Assembly (NCBI GenBank): GCA_000091205.1
Contig: AP006496.2
Direction: 5' to 3' (one strand)
Length of the DNA: 64,000 bases
Source of the DNA: Cyanidioschyzon merolae
Taxonomy: Eukaryota
The translations under genes were made by a program, and so were the position numbers. Below, piece by piece: positions 21,610-35,508 of this stretch. The notes under the pieces were generated by a model, which saw only the letters and a list, made by a program, of their open reading frames with translations, ran no database searches and was not told where the DNA came from. Position 1 is the first letter of the stretch, and every line of letters begins with the position of its first letter.

Positions 21610-23886
21610 TCACGCAGCAGCTCCGTCGGGTACGCTCAGCGGTCGACTCGGATCGTACCACCAGAGGCGCGCGTCCCCGTCATTACCGCAACTGGCCAGC
21701 AGACTCTGCTGCTGGGACCAGACTGCACTGAAGACAGGCCCCCGTCGACACGCCGTAAGGCGCTGGATGAGCGTAGCGCTCTCAACGTCCCAGATACAAA
21801 TTTGGCCGTCCTCGCTGCCACCAACCACAAGTAGCTCGTTCGGGCCAAAACAGGCCCGGATGAAATTCTTGCTCGTGTTCTGGTGGCCCTTGAAGCGTCG
21901 GATCGGCCGTGATGCCCGCAAATCCCACAACCGATTCGAGTTGTCTTTGCTCGAACTCAAGAGCAGCGTCCCCGTCGAGTTGAGCTCAACGCTGGTCACC
22001 TCGCCAAAATGGAAGCTGAACGTCCGAACGCATACGCCGCTGATGATATCCCAGAACTTGATGGTGGAGTCCTTGCTCCCGCTCACAATCAGGTTGCCAT
22101 GCGGGTTGAACACTGCTCGCGTAACCGCAGCCTGGTGACCAACGAAACTGCGCACAATCTGACCCGTGCGGATGTCGTGCAGTCGCAACGTCTTATCGTA
22201 GCCGCCACTGAGCACGTGCGTTTCCGCCGGATGCACGCAGACCGTATACACATCGCCACCAGTGGTTGGAAGCTTGGTCAGCGCATGGCCGGGTCCAGCT
22301 CCTGAGAGCCCGCCTCCAGGGCGAACACTGGTGCTGTTGCCGATACTGCCGATACTGCTGATGCTGCTGCCTTGCATCGCTGCGCTTGTCGCTACCGAGC
22401 CGTGCCCCACGGCCGGATGGTGTGCGAGCATCGCTCCGAGTCGAAAGCCCGGCGCATGCGCTTCGCTTACCCAGAGGCCAATGCGCCCGTCCGCCGAGCC
22501 CGACGCAAGGACGCGGCCCGAGGGCGAAGCACTCACATCCCAGACCCGCGACGAATGCCCGCTCAGCATACCGAGCAGCGCCCCGGAGTCGGTATCCCAG
22601 AGGCCTACACGGCGATCGCTGGAACCCGTCGCCAGCATGAGACCCTCCTTGCCGACAAAAGTGACACACTTGATGTTCGCCTCGTGGCCGCAGAGTCGTG
22701 GCGGGCGCTCCGCATTCGGAATCGCGAAACAGTGGTAGTCTTCCAGGAGCGTCCGAATCCGGGGCAGGACGAGCGGGTGATATCGAGCGAACTCTATTTG
22801 ATAGGCATAGGCCTGCTGCACCAGTTGCTCGAGTCGATGGGGCGGCACCTCTCTGCGTTGTGGCGACGTGCCCTGGGGATCGCCGAAAACGCATTCTGCC
22901 TCTTGCTCCATGTCGAGTAGGCGCGTCAGCTGCTCCGCCAGAAGCTCACGGCCCGCTTGGGAGCCACCCCAGTCCAGAGAGAGCGGGATGGACGCCGCGT
23001 GCGCCTCATGGACAGACTTGCAGGTCAGCAGGTAGCAGAGGTCTCGAAACTCGGCGGGGCCTCGTGGCGCGTGTCCCTCCAGCGGCTTGAGACGTTTCAT
23101 GAGCACCGCATAAGCTTTCTCTGTCTCATGGCGCTCAATGAGCTCCAGGAACTGCTGTCTATAGAGGGCGTAGAGAAACACTTTCAGATTCTTCAGCGGG
23201 GTCTTCTGACAGAGCCGCTCTACCTCGGACCAGTCACCAGTGAGAATTGCACTGCGGATTCGACGTGCCTGCCACTGCTGGCTACGTGCCTCGCGTTCCA
23301 TTAGGTTCGCCTCGTCGTTGACCACCATACTGGACAACACGTAGCCATGGTCCTCGAGATACTGGCGAATCATGCGCAGCATGTCGCGCTGGATGCACGG
23401 GTCCTCGGGGTCGAAGACTAGCCCCAAACGTGGAGCACCCTCGCGAACGAGCGGCCTGGTATTGTTGCCGACGTGCACCCCCGCGAGTGCCGGGCCCTGC
23501 GGCACACCACTCCATAGCGCACGTGAGCCCGTCGCAGACTCGGTAGCGTCTGTCCAGTGCATCCGCGACGGAGAGATCATTTGCTCGCCTGCATCGAGTC
23601 GACGCCCGGGTGGTGCAGTGAACCCAGCTTGGGTCGGCAACGAGAGCCGACGAGCTCCCAGCAACTCCAGTGCATCCCGGAGACCGCGAGTGTACCGCGG
23701 CCCGTGATCAATCAACACAGACTCTGTAGCAACAACGCTCAGAGGTCGTTGAGGTTGCGGTTGAGGTTGAGACTCAGGCTGGAGTGCACCAAACGCTGTT
23801 GTCTGTGTGGCAGGCTCGAGGCCGTCAGCGTGGGCGGCTTGCTCGTTCGCAGCTTGCTGCATCCACTTTCGTACCCCAGCAAACAC
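21610..23886 (-). CDS. LisH-CTLH-WD40 repeat protein (WDR26/GID7- or SMU1-like)
   Basis: There is a LisH-like motif (DPCIQRDMLRMIRQYLEDHGYVLSSMVV) and a CTLH-like segment (RIRSAILTGDWSEVERLCQK...FLYALYRQQFLELIE). These are followed by at least 6 WD repeats (GHEANIKCVTF...WD, GHSSRVWDVSASP, GHQAAVTRAVFNP...KFWD, FHFGEVTSVELN...RLWD, GHQNTSKNFIRACF...ICIWD, GPVFSAVWS...RLWW). The N-terminus is low complexity and the start is uncertain. Confidence 0.8.
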   Translation of the reverse strand: MFAGVRKWMQQAANEQAAHADGLEPATQTTAFGALQPESQPQPQPQRPLSVVATESVLIDHGPRYTRGLRDALELLGARRLSLPTQAGFTAPPGRRLDAGEQMISPSRMHWTDATESATGSRALWSGVPQGPALAGVHVGNNTRPLVREGAPRLGLVFDPEDPCIQRDMLRMIRQYLEDHGYVLSSMVVNDEANLMEREARSQQWQARRIRSAILTGDWSEVERLCQKTPLKNLKVFLYALYRQQFLELIERHETEKAYAVLMKRLKPLEGHAPRGPAEFRDLCYLLTCKSVHEAHAASIPLSLDWGGSQAGRELLAEQLTRLLDMEQEAECVFGDPQGTSPQRREVPPHRLEQLVQQAYAYQIEFARYHPLVLPRIRTLLEDYHCFAIPNAERPPRLCGHEANIKCVTFVGKEGLMLATGSSDRRVGLWDTDSGALLGMLSGHSSRVWDVSASPSGRVLASGSADGRIGLWVSEAHAPGFRLGAMLAHHPAVGHGSVATSAAMQGSSISSIGSIGNSTSVRPGGGLSGAGPGHALTKLPTTGGDVYTVCVHPAETHVLSGGYDKTLRLHDIRTGQIVRSFVGHQAAVTRAVFNPHGNLIVSGSKDSTIKFWDIISGVCVRTFSFHFGEVTSVELNSTGTLLLSSSKDNSNRLWDLRASRPIRRFKGHQNTSKNFIRACFGPNELLVVGGSEDGQICIWDVESATLIQRLTACRRGPVFSAVWSQQQSLLASCGNDGDARLWWYDPSRPLSVPDGAAA

Positions 23887-24109
23887 GCTAACGCTGCAAC
23901 GGTCGGCTTTTCTGGGCGAACACCCTCGGGGAACGCTGTGCTCGCTAGTTTCGCGAGCTGGCCTGCTTTTCGCAGTCCAAGCTCCAAGTGTGCAGTGCAG
24001 CTCGTCTTAACACGTAAACGCCACCGGTAATCAGAGACGAGTGACTTGCCCCAAGCGACTCCAAAACCCTTTCGTGGGACGTTGTTCAGTCAAGCTGTGC
24101 TTCCGCGGT

Positions 24110-24395
24110 AAACGATCAGGCGACTCCGTACCCGAATACTCCAAGGTCCGGGATCGGTGTGTCTGAGCAGCTGCTCCCCTGAGAAAAGAACGCTACCGGG
24201 CACTTCGGTCGATCAGGTGACTCCGTACCCGAACACTCCAAGGTCCGGGATCGGTGTGTCTAAGCAGCTGCTCCCCTGAGAAAAGAACGCTACCGGGCAC
24301 TTTGGTCGATCAGGTGACTCCGTACCCGAACACTCCAAGGTCCGGGATCGTTGTGTCTAAGCAGCTGGCCCCCTGAGAAAAGAACGCTACCGGGT
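24110..24395. repeat. 97-bp tandem repeat, about 2.9 copies, in the divergent WD40 / amine-oxidase promoter region
   Basis: ccaaggtccgggatcggtgtgtct(g/a)agcagctg(c/g)tcccctgagaaaagaacgctaccgggcac recurs at 24141, 24238 and 24335. A (CCA)8 tract follows at 24442-24465. Confidence 0.85.
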
Positions 24396-24474
24396 CGTAA
24401 CGTTTGCGACCCAGTACCTCAGCGCGTGCGTACAGGAGTTACACCACCACCACCACCACCACCACGAAACCTTC

Positions 24475-26466
24475 TTGCGCTCCTTTGCTACGACGTCCAC
24501 GACTAGTGCTTCTGTTGCTCCTGCTGGGACGGTGCGGTGTGCAGGCCTCAGCACCAAACTGCAACAGCGTCCTGTCATTCACAGTAGCCAGGCAATGGCA
24601 CAAGTCTTGGCTTTGAGCGATAGGTGCTGCGGCTGCCTCGAGAGGCGATCGCTTCTACTTTACAGCCTCGTTTTAGGGAGCGAGATCAACGAAGGTTTCC
24701 AGGAGCGACCTCTCAGCGTGCGTACTGGTGATGCCTTCCGAGTTCACTGTGATTCTCATATGAACCCGACGACCTTGTTTGTTCTGCACGCCGGTGCCGA
24801 TGCCGGTGCTAGCGTTCAGGTGTTGGGCAGCAGTTTCTCGGCATCGAGAAAGCACCCGAGGTGCCTTGTACGCAAACGGCAACCGGAGCGACGAGGGCGT
24901 CTACAGCGTTTCTCATCACCAGCGTGGAGGCAACGTCTTCGTCGGCAGGTGCTCCAGGCACAAGTCGAGCTGCCGCAGGTGCGCATCGTCGGGGCCGGCC
25001 TTGCCGGACTCACCACCGCCATTGCACTCATCGAGGAGTACGGTTGGGATCCAGCCAGCGTGTCCATCTTCGAAGCATCGGACACTGTTGGCGGGAGGGT
25101 TCGCACGGACCGCCTCCCTGAGGGCTACCTTCTCGACCGCGGTTTCCAGGTGGTGCTCGAGGCATACCCCGAGCAGAAACGGCTCTTTCGGGTGACGGGA
25201 GCAGCATATCCCGACGAACTGAAACTGCGGCGCTTTCTGCCCGGTGCTACGGTACGTCTTCCGAACGGTACCTGGGCCTATGTGGGAGACCCGTTGCGCA
25301 GCGACCTCGGGGATGTCTGGACAACGCTGCTAGCGCCTCTGGGAACCATCCAAGACAAGGCACGAGTCGGTTGGATGCGTCTTCAGACGCAGTTGCGATA
25401 CACTTCGAACCCGAACAGCATTCTGGAGCAAGTCAACATGAACGGCAACCGGGAGGAGACGGCAGAGGAGGCGCTCGCCGCACTGACACCTGGCTTGCGG
25501 CAATCGTTCTTCTCCCCGTTCTATCGAGGCATCTTCTTGGATGAACTGTACAACATCTCGTCTCGTCTCTTTCGCTACGTTTACCACATGCTTGCGGTCG
25601 GGTATGCATCGCTACCCGATAATGGTCACGGTATCGGGGCACTGCCGCGTTTCCTCGCCCAGCGGCTGCGAGACGAGCACGGCCTGACGATTCACTATGG
25701 CCAGCGAGTGACCGACTTGTCGACGCTGGCGGACAGAGCTGTGCTTGTTCTGGCAGCCGACGTTGCCTCGACAAAGAAACTCTTGGAGCAGGCGAGCGTC
25801 GCGAACCGTTTCTCGCCGAAAGCGCAGGCAGATATACGGAAGTTGCTGTGTGGCTGGCTCGCTGCCGGTGCCGACGGTGTCCATGAGACGCTGCAGCGCG
25901 TCTCAACGTGCCTCTACTTTGGAGGAGAGGGCGCTGAGCCACCAGAAGCGCTCATAACCCGACCGAGATCCCTGGTGCTCGCGGCAGACGCCCCGAGTCC
26001 TTCGGGGATGCCACGTCGCCCGCTCGTCAACAACTTGTGCTTCCCGTCGGCGGTTGCTCGTTCGTATGCTCCATCGAACAAGTACCTAGTGAGCTGCACA
26101 GTCGTGGAGACAGCGCTTCACCAGCAACTCGATCCAAAAGACAATGACCTGCTTCCAGGCGGTGAGCTGGAAGCGCTCGTGCGTACCCAGCTCTACAAAT
26201 GGTATCCTAGTCAACGACACCTTCTCGATGACTGGAGCTTCCTTCGAGGATATCGTGTGCGCGGCGCTCAGCCGCGACAGCGTCTCAACGGGGAGCGTTT
26301 TGTGATGCCCAACGAGGACGGCTGTTTGGACGCTGGTCGACTCTACGTCTGTGGCGACTGGTGCGATACCCCGACTGCGAACGGAGCGATCCACTCGGGT
26401 TATCGTGTTGCTGGCGGTATTGCCAAGGCGTTTGGCGTCCACTCGAGAAGCACCTCCAGCCGCTAG
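24475..26466 (+). CDS. FAD/NAD(P)-binding amine-oxidase-like oxidoreductase with a low-complexity N-terminal extension
   Basis: There is a Rossmann dinucleotide-binding motif RIVGAGLAGLTTAI. It is followed by EASDTVGGRVRT, the characteristic GG-motif of flavin amine oxidases, the PDS/CRTISO-like family and protoporphyrinogen-oxidase-like proteins. The first roughly 150 aa are S/T/R-rich and may be a targeting peptide. Confidence 0.65.
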   Translation: MRSFATTSTTSASVAPAGTVRCAGLSTKLQQRPVIHSSQAMAQVLALSDRCCGCLERRSLLLYSLVLGSEINEGFQERPLSVRTGDAFRVHCDSHMNPTTLFVLHAGADAGASVQVLGSSFSASRKHPRCLVRKRQPERRGRLQRFSSPAWRQRLRRQVLQAQVELPQVRIVGAGLAGLTTAIALIEEYGWDPASVSIFEASDTVGGRVRTDRLPEGYLLDRGFQVVLEAYPEQKRLFRVTGAAYPDELKLRRFLPGATVRLPNGTWAYVGDPLRSDLGDVWTTLLAPLGTIQDKARVGWMRLQTQLRYTSNPNSILEQVNMNGNREETAEEALAALTPGLRQSFFSPFYRGIFLDELYNISSRLFRYVYHMLAVGYASLPDNGHGIGALPRFLAQRLRDEHGLTIHYGQRVTDLSTLADRAVLVLAADVASTKKLLEQASVANRFSPKAQADIRKLLCGWLAAGADGVHETLQRVSTCLYFGGEGAEPPEALITRPRSLVLAADAPSPSGMPRRPLVNNLCFPSAVARSYAPSNKYLVSCTVVETALHQQLDPKDNDLLPGGELEALVRTQLYKWYPSQRHLLDDWSFLRGYRVRGAQPRQRLNGERFVMPNEDGCLDAGRLYVCGDWCDTPTANGAIHSGYRVAGGIAKAFGVHSRSTSSR

Positions 26467-26706
26467 GCCAGTGGTGTCGGCAATGCACTGAGCGTGGAAC
26501 GTGAGCTGCACCAGAATGCCGGTCTCTTGCGCCCAAGGTTGCCTGCGTATCCGGGCTGCTCCACAGGAGCGACACGATCCAAGGCATTCCCGGGATCATT
26601 GCTGCTTTCCCCGCACGCTCTACGTGAGAGCTGGGAGCGGAGCGAAACCTACAGCAACGCCTTCACATCCATTTCTAGACAGTGTCATAAACAGGGTTAT
26701 GCAAGC

Positions 26707-28359
26707 CTAGGGTGGCGCTACCTGCTCACCACGCAGGGATCGCAGGAGCAGTTGACGATAGAGATCACGTTGTTTCACGACAGCGTTCACCACCGCTTCA
26801 AACTCCTGGCGTTGTCGGCGTATGTGTTCGAGTTCGGCTTCGAGCTGGGCAAGCTGGTGCGCTGGTACCGTCATCGACGCAGTGGCGCCTGTCGATGCTT
26901 CTGTGGACGCTACAAGACCCTCCAGCTCTTGGATGCGTTGTTTTTGGTGCTCAAAAGCGTCTTTGTACTGCTGAAGCTGCTCGTTGAGCTGCGCTTGCTC
27001 GCGCTCGACAGTGGCGGCTCGTTGTTTCCAGTGCTCTGTTGCAAGCTCCGACTCCTGCAGTGCCCGATGCATCCGATCGAACTGTGCGATGACAAACTGA
27101 AACCGACGCTTCTGCTCCTCTAACAGCGGCAGACGCGCTTCAAGTTCGCCCAATAGCGAGCGCATGTAGGAGAGGTGACGGCCCTCGCGGGCGAGCCGCT
27201 CCCAGGATGCCTCCGACGGAATAGCCGCCACCGTCGCCGGTGTGGCCTTGTCCGCCGCTGCACCTGCAATGCCGTCTTCAGCAAAGACGTAAGAAACGGG
27301 CGAGCGAAGCGTCGGCGTCTGCAGCAGGCGCCTCTGGACGGAGCCAAAGAAAGGCGACGGGCGTCCGCTCCGGGGATCCCTCGTCTCCACCGGGACCCGT
27401 TGTGCGGGTGATGCCAGCAAGGAGCGTCGAGGCCGCTTCCCCAGTGGCGACATGGTCGCAGGTCCCGTTGTGGGGCCAGCGTCAGCACCAGCATTCATCG
27501 TCGTCGAAGATGAAGACGCTTTCTCGAACGCTAGCACGCGAGCATGCAAGGCGTCCCGCTCTTTCTCCAGCGCTGCACACGTATCCTTCCACACGCAGAC
27601 TTCCTCACCTGCCTTGCTGAGCACATCTTCGAGCTGAGCTCGAGCAGCAGCGACTTCGCCCTCGAGCCGCACGCGCTCTCGCTCAAGCTCCTGTTGCTCC
27701 TCGCGTGCGATACGGACTCGAGAGCGCTCCTCTGCAAGACGTGCTTCCAGCTGTTCACACGTCGACTCGAGCGTGTGGATCTGTGCCTCCGTATCCGCCG
27801 TGCTCCGTATATGCGCTTTTCGGACTTCAGCAAGTTCACGCGTCCGCTCGGTGAGCGCACGCTGCAGCTGCTCGATTTCGCGTTCAGCTGCAGCGAGTCG
27901 ACTTGTAACCTCAGAGTGCACGTCCAGCTCCGAGGTGCGCGCCAACAAAGTTGCCTCTCGCCGTTTGAGGTCTTCCAGGGCAGACTCTTGTTCCGCAAGA
28001 AGTTTTTCCAGCTCGCTGGCACGCGATGAAGCCTCTGCGGCAGATGTCTCGGCATTCAGCCAGGCTCCTTCAAGACGTGCGTACTCCTCCTCCAGGCGAA
28101 GCAGACTTTGTTCGAGCGCGCGCTCACGTTCCTGCTTCGCCCGAAGCGTATCCATGATTGCACGCTTCTGGTCGCGTTCTTTTGTGAGGCACTGCTGGCA
28201 GCTATCCAGAGCATGCTCTAGTGCACGGAAAAAGTCCTCCCAGTCCGCACTGGGGTTTCGGTGCTCGCCAGCCCGAAGCTGCCGCTCGTCACTGTCCATG
28301 CGTTTAACGGACCCTCGAAACACGCTTGCAGAGGTCGTGAATACTGTCCCAGAAAACAC
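26707..28359 (-). CDS. Coiled-coil protein (E/R/L/A/Q-rich heptad repeats)
   Basis: 550-aa ORF with long predicted coiled-coil stretches (ERERALEQSLLRLEEEYARLEGA..., REIEQLQRALTERTRELAEV...). The antisense ORF (27773-28366 +) is shorter and Ser/Arg-rich, so the minus strand is preferred. Confidence 0.5.
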   Translation of the reverse strand: MFSGTVFTTSASVFRGSVKRMDSDERQLRAGEHRNPSADWEDFFRALEHALDSCQQCLTKERDQKRAIMDTLRAKQERERALEQSLLRLEEEYARLEGAWLNAETSAAEASSRASELEKLLAEQESALEDLKRREATLLARTSELDVHSEVTSRLAAAEREIEQLQRALTERTRELAEVRKAHIRSTADTEAQIHTLESTCEQLEARLAEERSRVRIAREEQQELERERVRLEGEVAAARAQLEDVLSKAGEEVCVWKDTCAALEKERDALHARVLAFEKASSSSTTMNAGADAGPTTGPATMSPLGKRPRRSLLASPAQRVPVETRDPRSGRPSPFFGSVQRRLLQTPTLRSPVSYVFAEDGIAGAAADKATPATVAAIPSEASWERLAREGRHLSYMRSLLGELEARLPLLEEQKRRFQFVIAQFDRMHRALQESELATEHWKQRAATVEREQAQLNEQLQQYKDAFEHQKQRIQELEGLVASTEASTGATASMTVPAHQLAQLEAELEHIRRQRQEFEAVVNAVVKQRDLYRQLLLRSLRGEQVAPP

Positions 28360-28701
28360 GCTCTAGCGAAGCACACCCACTGGTAAAGCTCTCTTTCCGG
28401 GTGCGATCGAGCACGCGACCGAGTCGAGCAGCCAGACGCGCTTCACCGGGCGCCGGAGCACGACGCCAGCGATACCCGACCCTAGGTTCCAGTCTAGCGA
28501 ACTCTCTTCCTAAATCCACTCCAGTGAATGCACAGTCCGTCAACTAGAGGCAAATCCAAGCACGTCACTCGCCTTGCGGGACGCTGATGAAGTCTCTACG
28601 GCAGTAACAACCTTCCGCTGAACGCCGTGGGCGCACCCGGTGTCAGCCGCACACTTGTGTTCACGCGTTCCCGCTGCCTCCTTCGCATACCCTAGCGCAC
28701 A

Positions 28702-29829
28702 GTGTTCATTCCTGTGTTCCTGGTGGCGCTCATTGAAGGCGCTGGGTCTTTCCGAGCGTGTACTGTCGTTAAGCTGAAACGAGTGAGGTGTTGTGAGGGC
28801 TCTGAGTGGAGACGAGCGACTCAGAGTGGCTGGTCAACAGGTTCCTTGAATAAGAGGCATCCCAGTGGTACCACGTCGGCGCAGGTAAAGGGGATGCGCT
28901 TCGACTGGAGCGTCACTGTCGCTATGGAAAAGCGTCTGAACAAATTGGCTTCTCAAATGTCAGGCGATAACTTGGAGCGAACACTGAGGACACTTGGGAC
29001 TCCTGAATGCACCAGAGAGCCGGCCTTTGTTTGCGGAGCAGCGCGTCCGACGCGGCAGGTCTGGTTGCCGAACGCTGGACTCCTTTGCGAGCGCTCGCGG
29101 CGAACAGGTCGATCGACCTTCGAGAGACAGGGGCGTGTCACGGTTGGAGCGTTTCGCTGCTGGTGCCAACAGGAACCGACTGCGGGCGAGGAGCGTTCGC
29201 CAGCGACAAACCGTCCTGGTGGGAAAGTAGAAACCGCCGCTGTCGGTGCCGGTGCCGCTTCCCTGGTGAAGGTTCGTTTCATCAACACACCTGGCGGTCT
29301 TGAGCTTGAGACCATGGCACCCCCAGGCAGTATTGTGCTCGCGGTAGCGGATGAGCTCGGTCTGCGGATACCGCGCGGATGCACTTCCGGGGTGTGTGGA
29401 GCGTGCACCTGCGACATGGTTCATCCATCACTCCCTGGGGGACGGCAAACGGTCCGCGTCTGTAGCACGAAGGTAGCGACTTTTCCCGGTATTGATGAGA
29501 TCGTGATCGATGTGTATCGAATGAAGGAGAGCGCTACCAGAGATGCGTATCAGAGCTCGACGCTGAGGGCCTTGAATCGCTTCGACAATATCGACTTTGA
29601 GTACAAGGCGGGCGCCCAGCCGCGGGCTATCATGAACCCGGCAAACCCGTTTGCACGACCACGCACGGTTCGATGTGAGAAATGCAAAGGAACCGGGAAA
29701 CACGTTTGCGAGGCATGTGAAGGCACAGGAAAATCGACCGCGACCCTGATGTGTTATGTATGTGTGGGATTACGGCGAACACGGTGTGCAGAATGCCAGG
29801 GCACTGGATCGCGAACACTGCGACGGTGA
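28702..29829 (+). CDS. Fed7-like plant-type 2Fe-2S ferredoxin domain fused to a DnaJ-type CxxCxGxG zinc finger
   Basis: The ferredoxin core is VKVRFINTPGGLELETMAPPGSIVLAVADELGLRIPRGCTSGVCGACTC...VRVC, with a CX4CX2C...C cluster. The C-terminus has CEKCKGTGKHVCEACEGTGK...CYVCVG...CAECQGTGS, four CxxCxG(x)G repeats as in the DnaJ Zn-finger. The N-terminal 140 aa extension may carry targeting sequence, and the start may be a downstream Met (for example MRFDW or MEKRLNK). Confidence 0.6.
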   Translation: MFIPVFLVALIEGAGSFRACTVVKLKRVRCCEGSEWRRATQSGWSTGSLNKRHPSGTTSAQVKGMRFDWSVTVAMEKRLNKLASQMSGDNLERTLRTLGTPECTREPAFVCGAARPTRQVWLPNAGLLCERSRRTGRSTFERQGRVTVGAFRCWCQQEPTAGEERSPATNRPGGKVETAAVGAGAASLVKVRFINTPGGLELETMAPPGSIVLAVADELGLRIPRGCTSGVCGACTCDMVHPSLPGGRQTVRVCSTKVATFPGIDEIVIDVYRMKESATRDAYQSSTLRALNRFDNIDFEYKAGAQPRAIMNPANPFARPRTVRCEKCKGTGKHVCEACEGTGKSTATLMCYVCVGLRRTRCAECQGTGSRTLRR

Positions 29830-31494
29830 GCGGTTCGGTGTCTCGAACACGATGCCAACACATGGGCTTTTGCTTTGCGCTGGAGCTGGATGCCATTGCG
29901 CTATCGTGTGTAATAAACTGAATCGATAAACCTGTCTGGCGGAGCGAGCGCCTCAGTGTTTGCCAGGGTATGGCGCTTGGTCGAGTTCGCAGGCTTGACG
30001 ACCGTCGGTGAGTGAACCTTTGAGCATCACCGTCGTGCGATGCAGCGTGAGGAATACTTGAGGGTGCGGGCAAGGTTATGCTCCGGAATCCATAAACAAG
30101 TGCTGGGGAACGATATCGCTCTTGGAGCTTGCAGTGACATTTATATGGAGGCGCGTAGACCAGCCCAGACAGGAGTCTCGGGAGGCGATTCCCGCCCTGA
30201 ACCGCGACGATGCTCGAGTGTGTTCTGTTCGTGGATGTGCATCACGTCAGTAACGCACTCACTGACGCAGTTGGGGTGCGGTTCACGTATTGGAACAAGG
30301 ATTACAAAATCCGGTGTTTGGGTGTTGTTACCGGCCGGAAAAATAGCGAGAACAAAGCAGTTAAGCGATGATGTATGCGAAGACAGCATCATCGAACTTG
30401 GCATGACCAGGAATACATGCTTATTCGCTGCAAGCGAGGAATATCCATGATGGATGACAAGGGGCTTCAGCAGGCATCGCTCAGCGTTTTGTTTTGTTTG
30501 CCACAAGTCGTCCCTGCTACTCTTCAGCACTGACGTCACTAGTGCGGGATGCGACCTGTCGGTGAGCGTCGGTGCTGGAGCGTGCTCTTTCGCAGGCGTA
30601 GCTCGTCGTGAAACAGGGAGCTCAGGCGCTTATCCCGTGTCTCGTTTCGAGAATCTGCCGCTGTACTTGAGCAAAAGCCGGTGCACCTGGCATCTTCCGC
30701 GACACCCTGCCCAGCGACCCCGAGCAGCAGTGCTTGCGCACTACAGCTCTACAGCGGGAAACCGGTACTCGGCAGCTGCGTTTGCACGATATTTTAGAGA
30801 CCAGAGCGACAGCTTCTTCCACAAGACTGAGTGCACAGAGACGCGTACTTCCGTTCCTCCATTCCGACAGAGGGCGCTTTGAAGCGCCTCGCCGTGTACA
30901 AGCACCGGAAGCTCCGTTTCCTATGTGGATTGCCAGACGCACGGCAGCGACGCACTTCACGGACGTAGATGTAGATGGATACAGGCCTGTTTAGCGGGCA
31001 AAGTGTGAAAAAGACGCAATGTATGTCGGTTCATATAGACGCGTGCAGCGTCCGGGACTCCAAGGGATGTTCCTGCAGTGCAATGATTGCAAATAGCAGT
31101 CGACATTTACGATACGAATCAGTGGACAAGCGCAAGGCAAGCCGCCGAGTGCGCAGAGTCGTGACCTACCACACAGCGGTGGTGCGCTTACACAAACATA
31201 AACACTTGTCGAGGTTTACAAGTCCGCCCAAATAGACGCCCCTGGGCGCGTTCCACGTAGACGACGGGCGCGTCAGCCGCGCACCAGTACCGCAGGCGGA
31301 CCCAGGCGCCTCCAAAGTCACACATATGCGCTCGGGTGTGTAGCGTGTCAAGAGCGACGCAAGCTTTACGGAGAGAGTTGATGCAGTGCTCGCACACTGC
31401 AGGCGAGGCCGCGAGCGCCAACGAGCGCGACGCTCGGCGGCACCCACAGGACGCTGCACCCGCTCGGCGGCACCAGTTGTGAGCAAGCACCGCC

Positions 31495-34548
<3,054 letters not shown>

Positions 34549-35154
34549 GCGTTGTGCTCGCTGCAACCGAGTACGTAAAGACCTTTGCTTCTGCGTACAT
34601 TTCATATAAACTCTCAGTTCTATGCACAAACTTACCGCAATCTTCGCTTTTGTGTAAGCCCTGAAAACATAGATGCAGCGAGGGACATCGCATAGCGTCA
34701 TTGTTTTTTAACCTCCCCTTGGATGGACTCCAGTCGTGCGAACGCTCGCGCGGCCGCATCGCCCAGCGCCCTGAATAAAGCGCTCAGGTGGGTATCCTGT
34801 CCGAAACGTCTTGGTAGCCCTGCTAGCATCGCCGATGGCCGTACGTGGAGTATCCAGCGACCTTCCTGGAACCAAGCCGTCGAGCGCCATCGCAACGGCC
34901 TTGCGTAGCGTCTGTATATGTTGAATTGGAAACGTATACAAACCATAGCGGACGACAGCGTCTCAGTGATAGACGTCTGCACAGAAAGCATGTTCTGTAT
35001 GCAGTGTATCTCACCGTATGAAGTATCGGTTGCCGGGCAACTGCATGCCTCGACAGTTCGAGCGATCGTCTTCGGCACGCAGGGAAGGGACGGCATTCGC
35101 CGGGGACTCGGATGCTGGACGCAGGAAACAAATCGGGTTAAGCAGAACACCAGT

Positions 35155-35508
35155 TTACTCGCCTTTGGCTTTCTTCTTCGGGAGAAGCACTGCGTGGATA
35201 TTCGGCAACACGCCGCCAGACGCAATGGTCACGTCCGCCAGGAGCTTGTTCAGCTCCTCGTCGTTGCGGATCGCCAGCTGGATATGACGCGGGATGATGC
35301 GCGTCTTCTTGTTGTCGCGCGCAGCGTTGCCCGCCAGCTCGAGAACCTCGGCGGTCAGGTACTCCATGACTGCAGCGAGGTAGACGGGCGCGCCAGCGCC
35401 GATGCGCTCCGCGTACCCGCCGTCTCGCAGGTACCGGTGGACGCGCCCCACCGGAAACTGCAAACCTGCTTTGCTGGAGCGTGACTTTGCCTTGCCCTTG
35501 GGCGCCAT
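35155..35508 (-). CDS. H2A: Histone H2A (canonical, 117 aa, no SQ(E/D) H2A.X tail)
   Basis: The ORF reads [90 protein letters not shown]...KKKAKGE. The start was verified as CAT at 35506-35508. The ORF-track entry extends upstream. Confidence 0.95.
   Translation of the reverse strand: MAPKGKAKSRSSKAGLQFPVGRVHRYLRDGGYAERIGAGAPVYLAAVMEYLTAEVLELAGNAARDNKKTRIIPRHIQLAIRNDEELNKLLADVTIASGGVLPNIHAVLLPKKKAKGE

Noticed and set aside
27773-28366. 197-aa ORF antisense to the coiled-coil gene. Antisense ORFs are also seen within the WD40 gene (21425..22138 +, 22193..22894 -, and others) and within nitrilase, ArgRS and ABC1.
   Set aside because: High GC gives long spurious antisense frames. They are Arg/Ser/Ala-rich and lack motifs, while the sense-strand proteins carry clear family signatures.
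34555-34573. Candidate H4 3' hairpin as a canonical histone stem-loop.
   Set aside because: The 7-nt loop and a G-U pair do not fit the metazoan 6-bp / 4-nt consensus. It is mentioned only as a weak candidate under the H3 finding and is not called as a feature.
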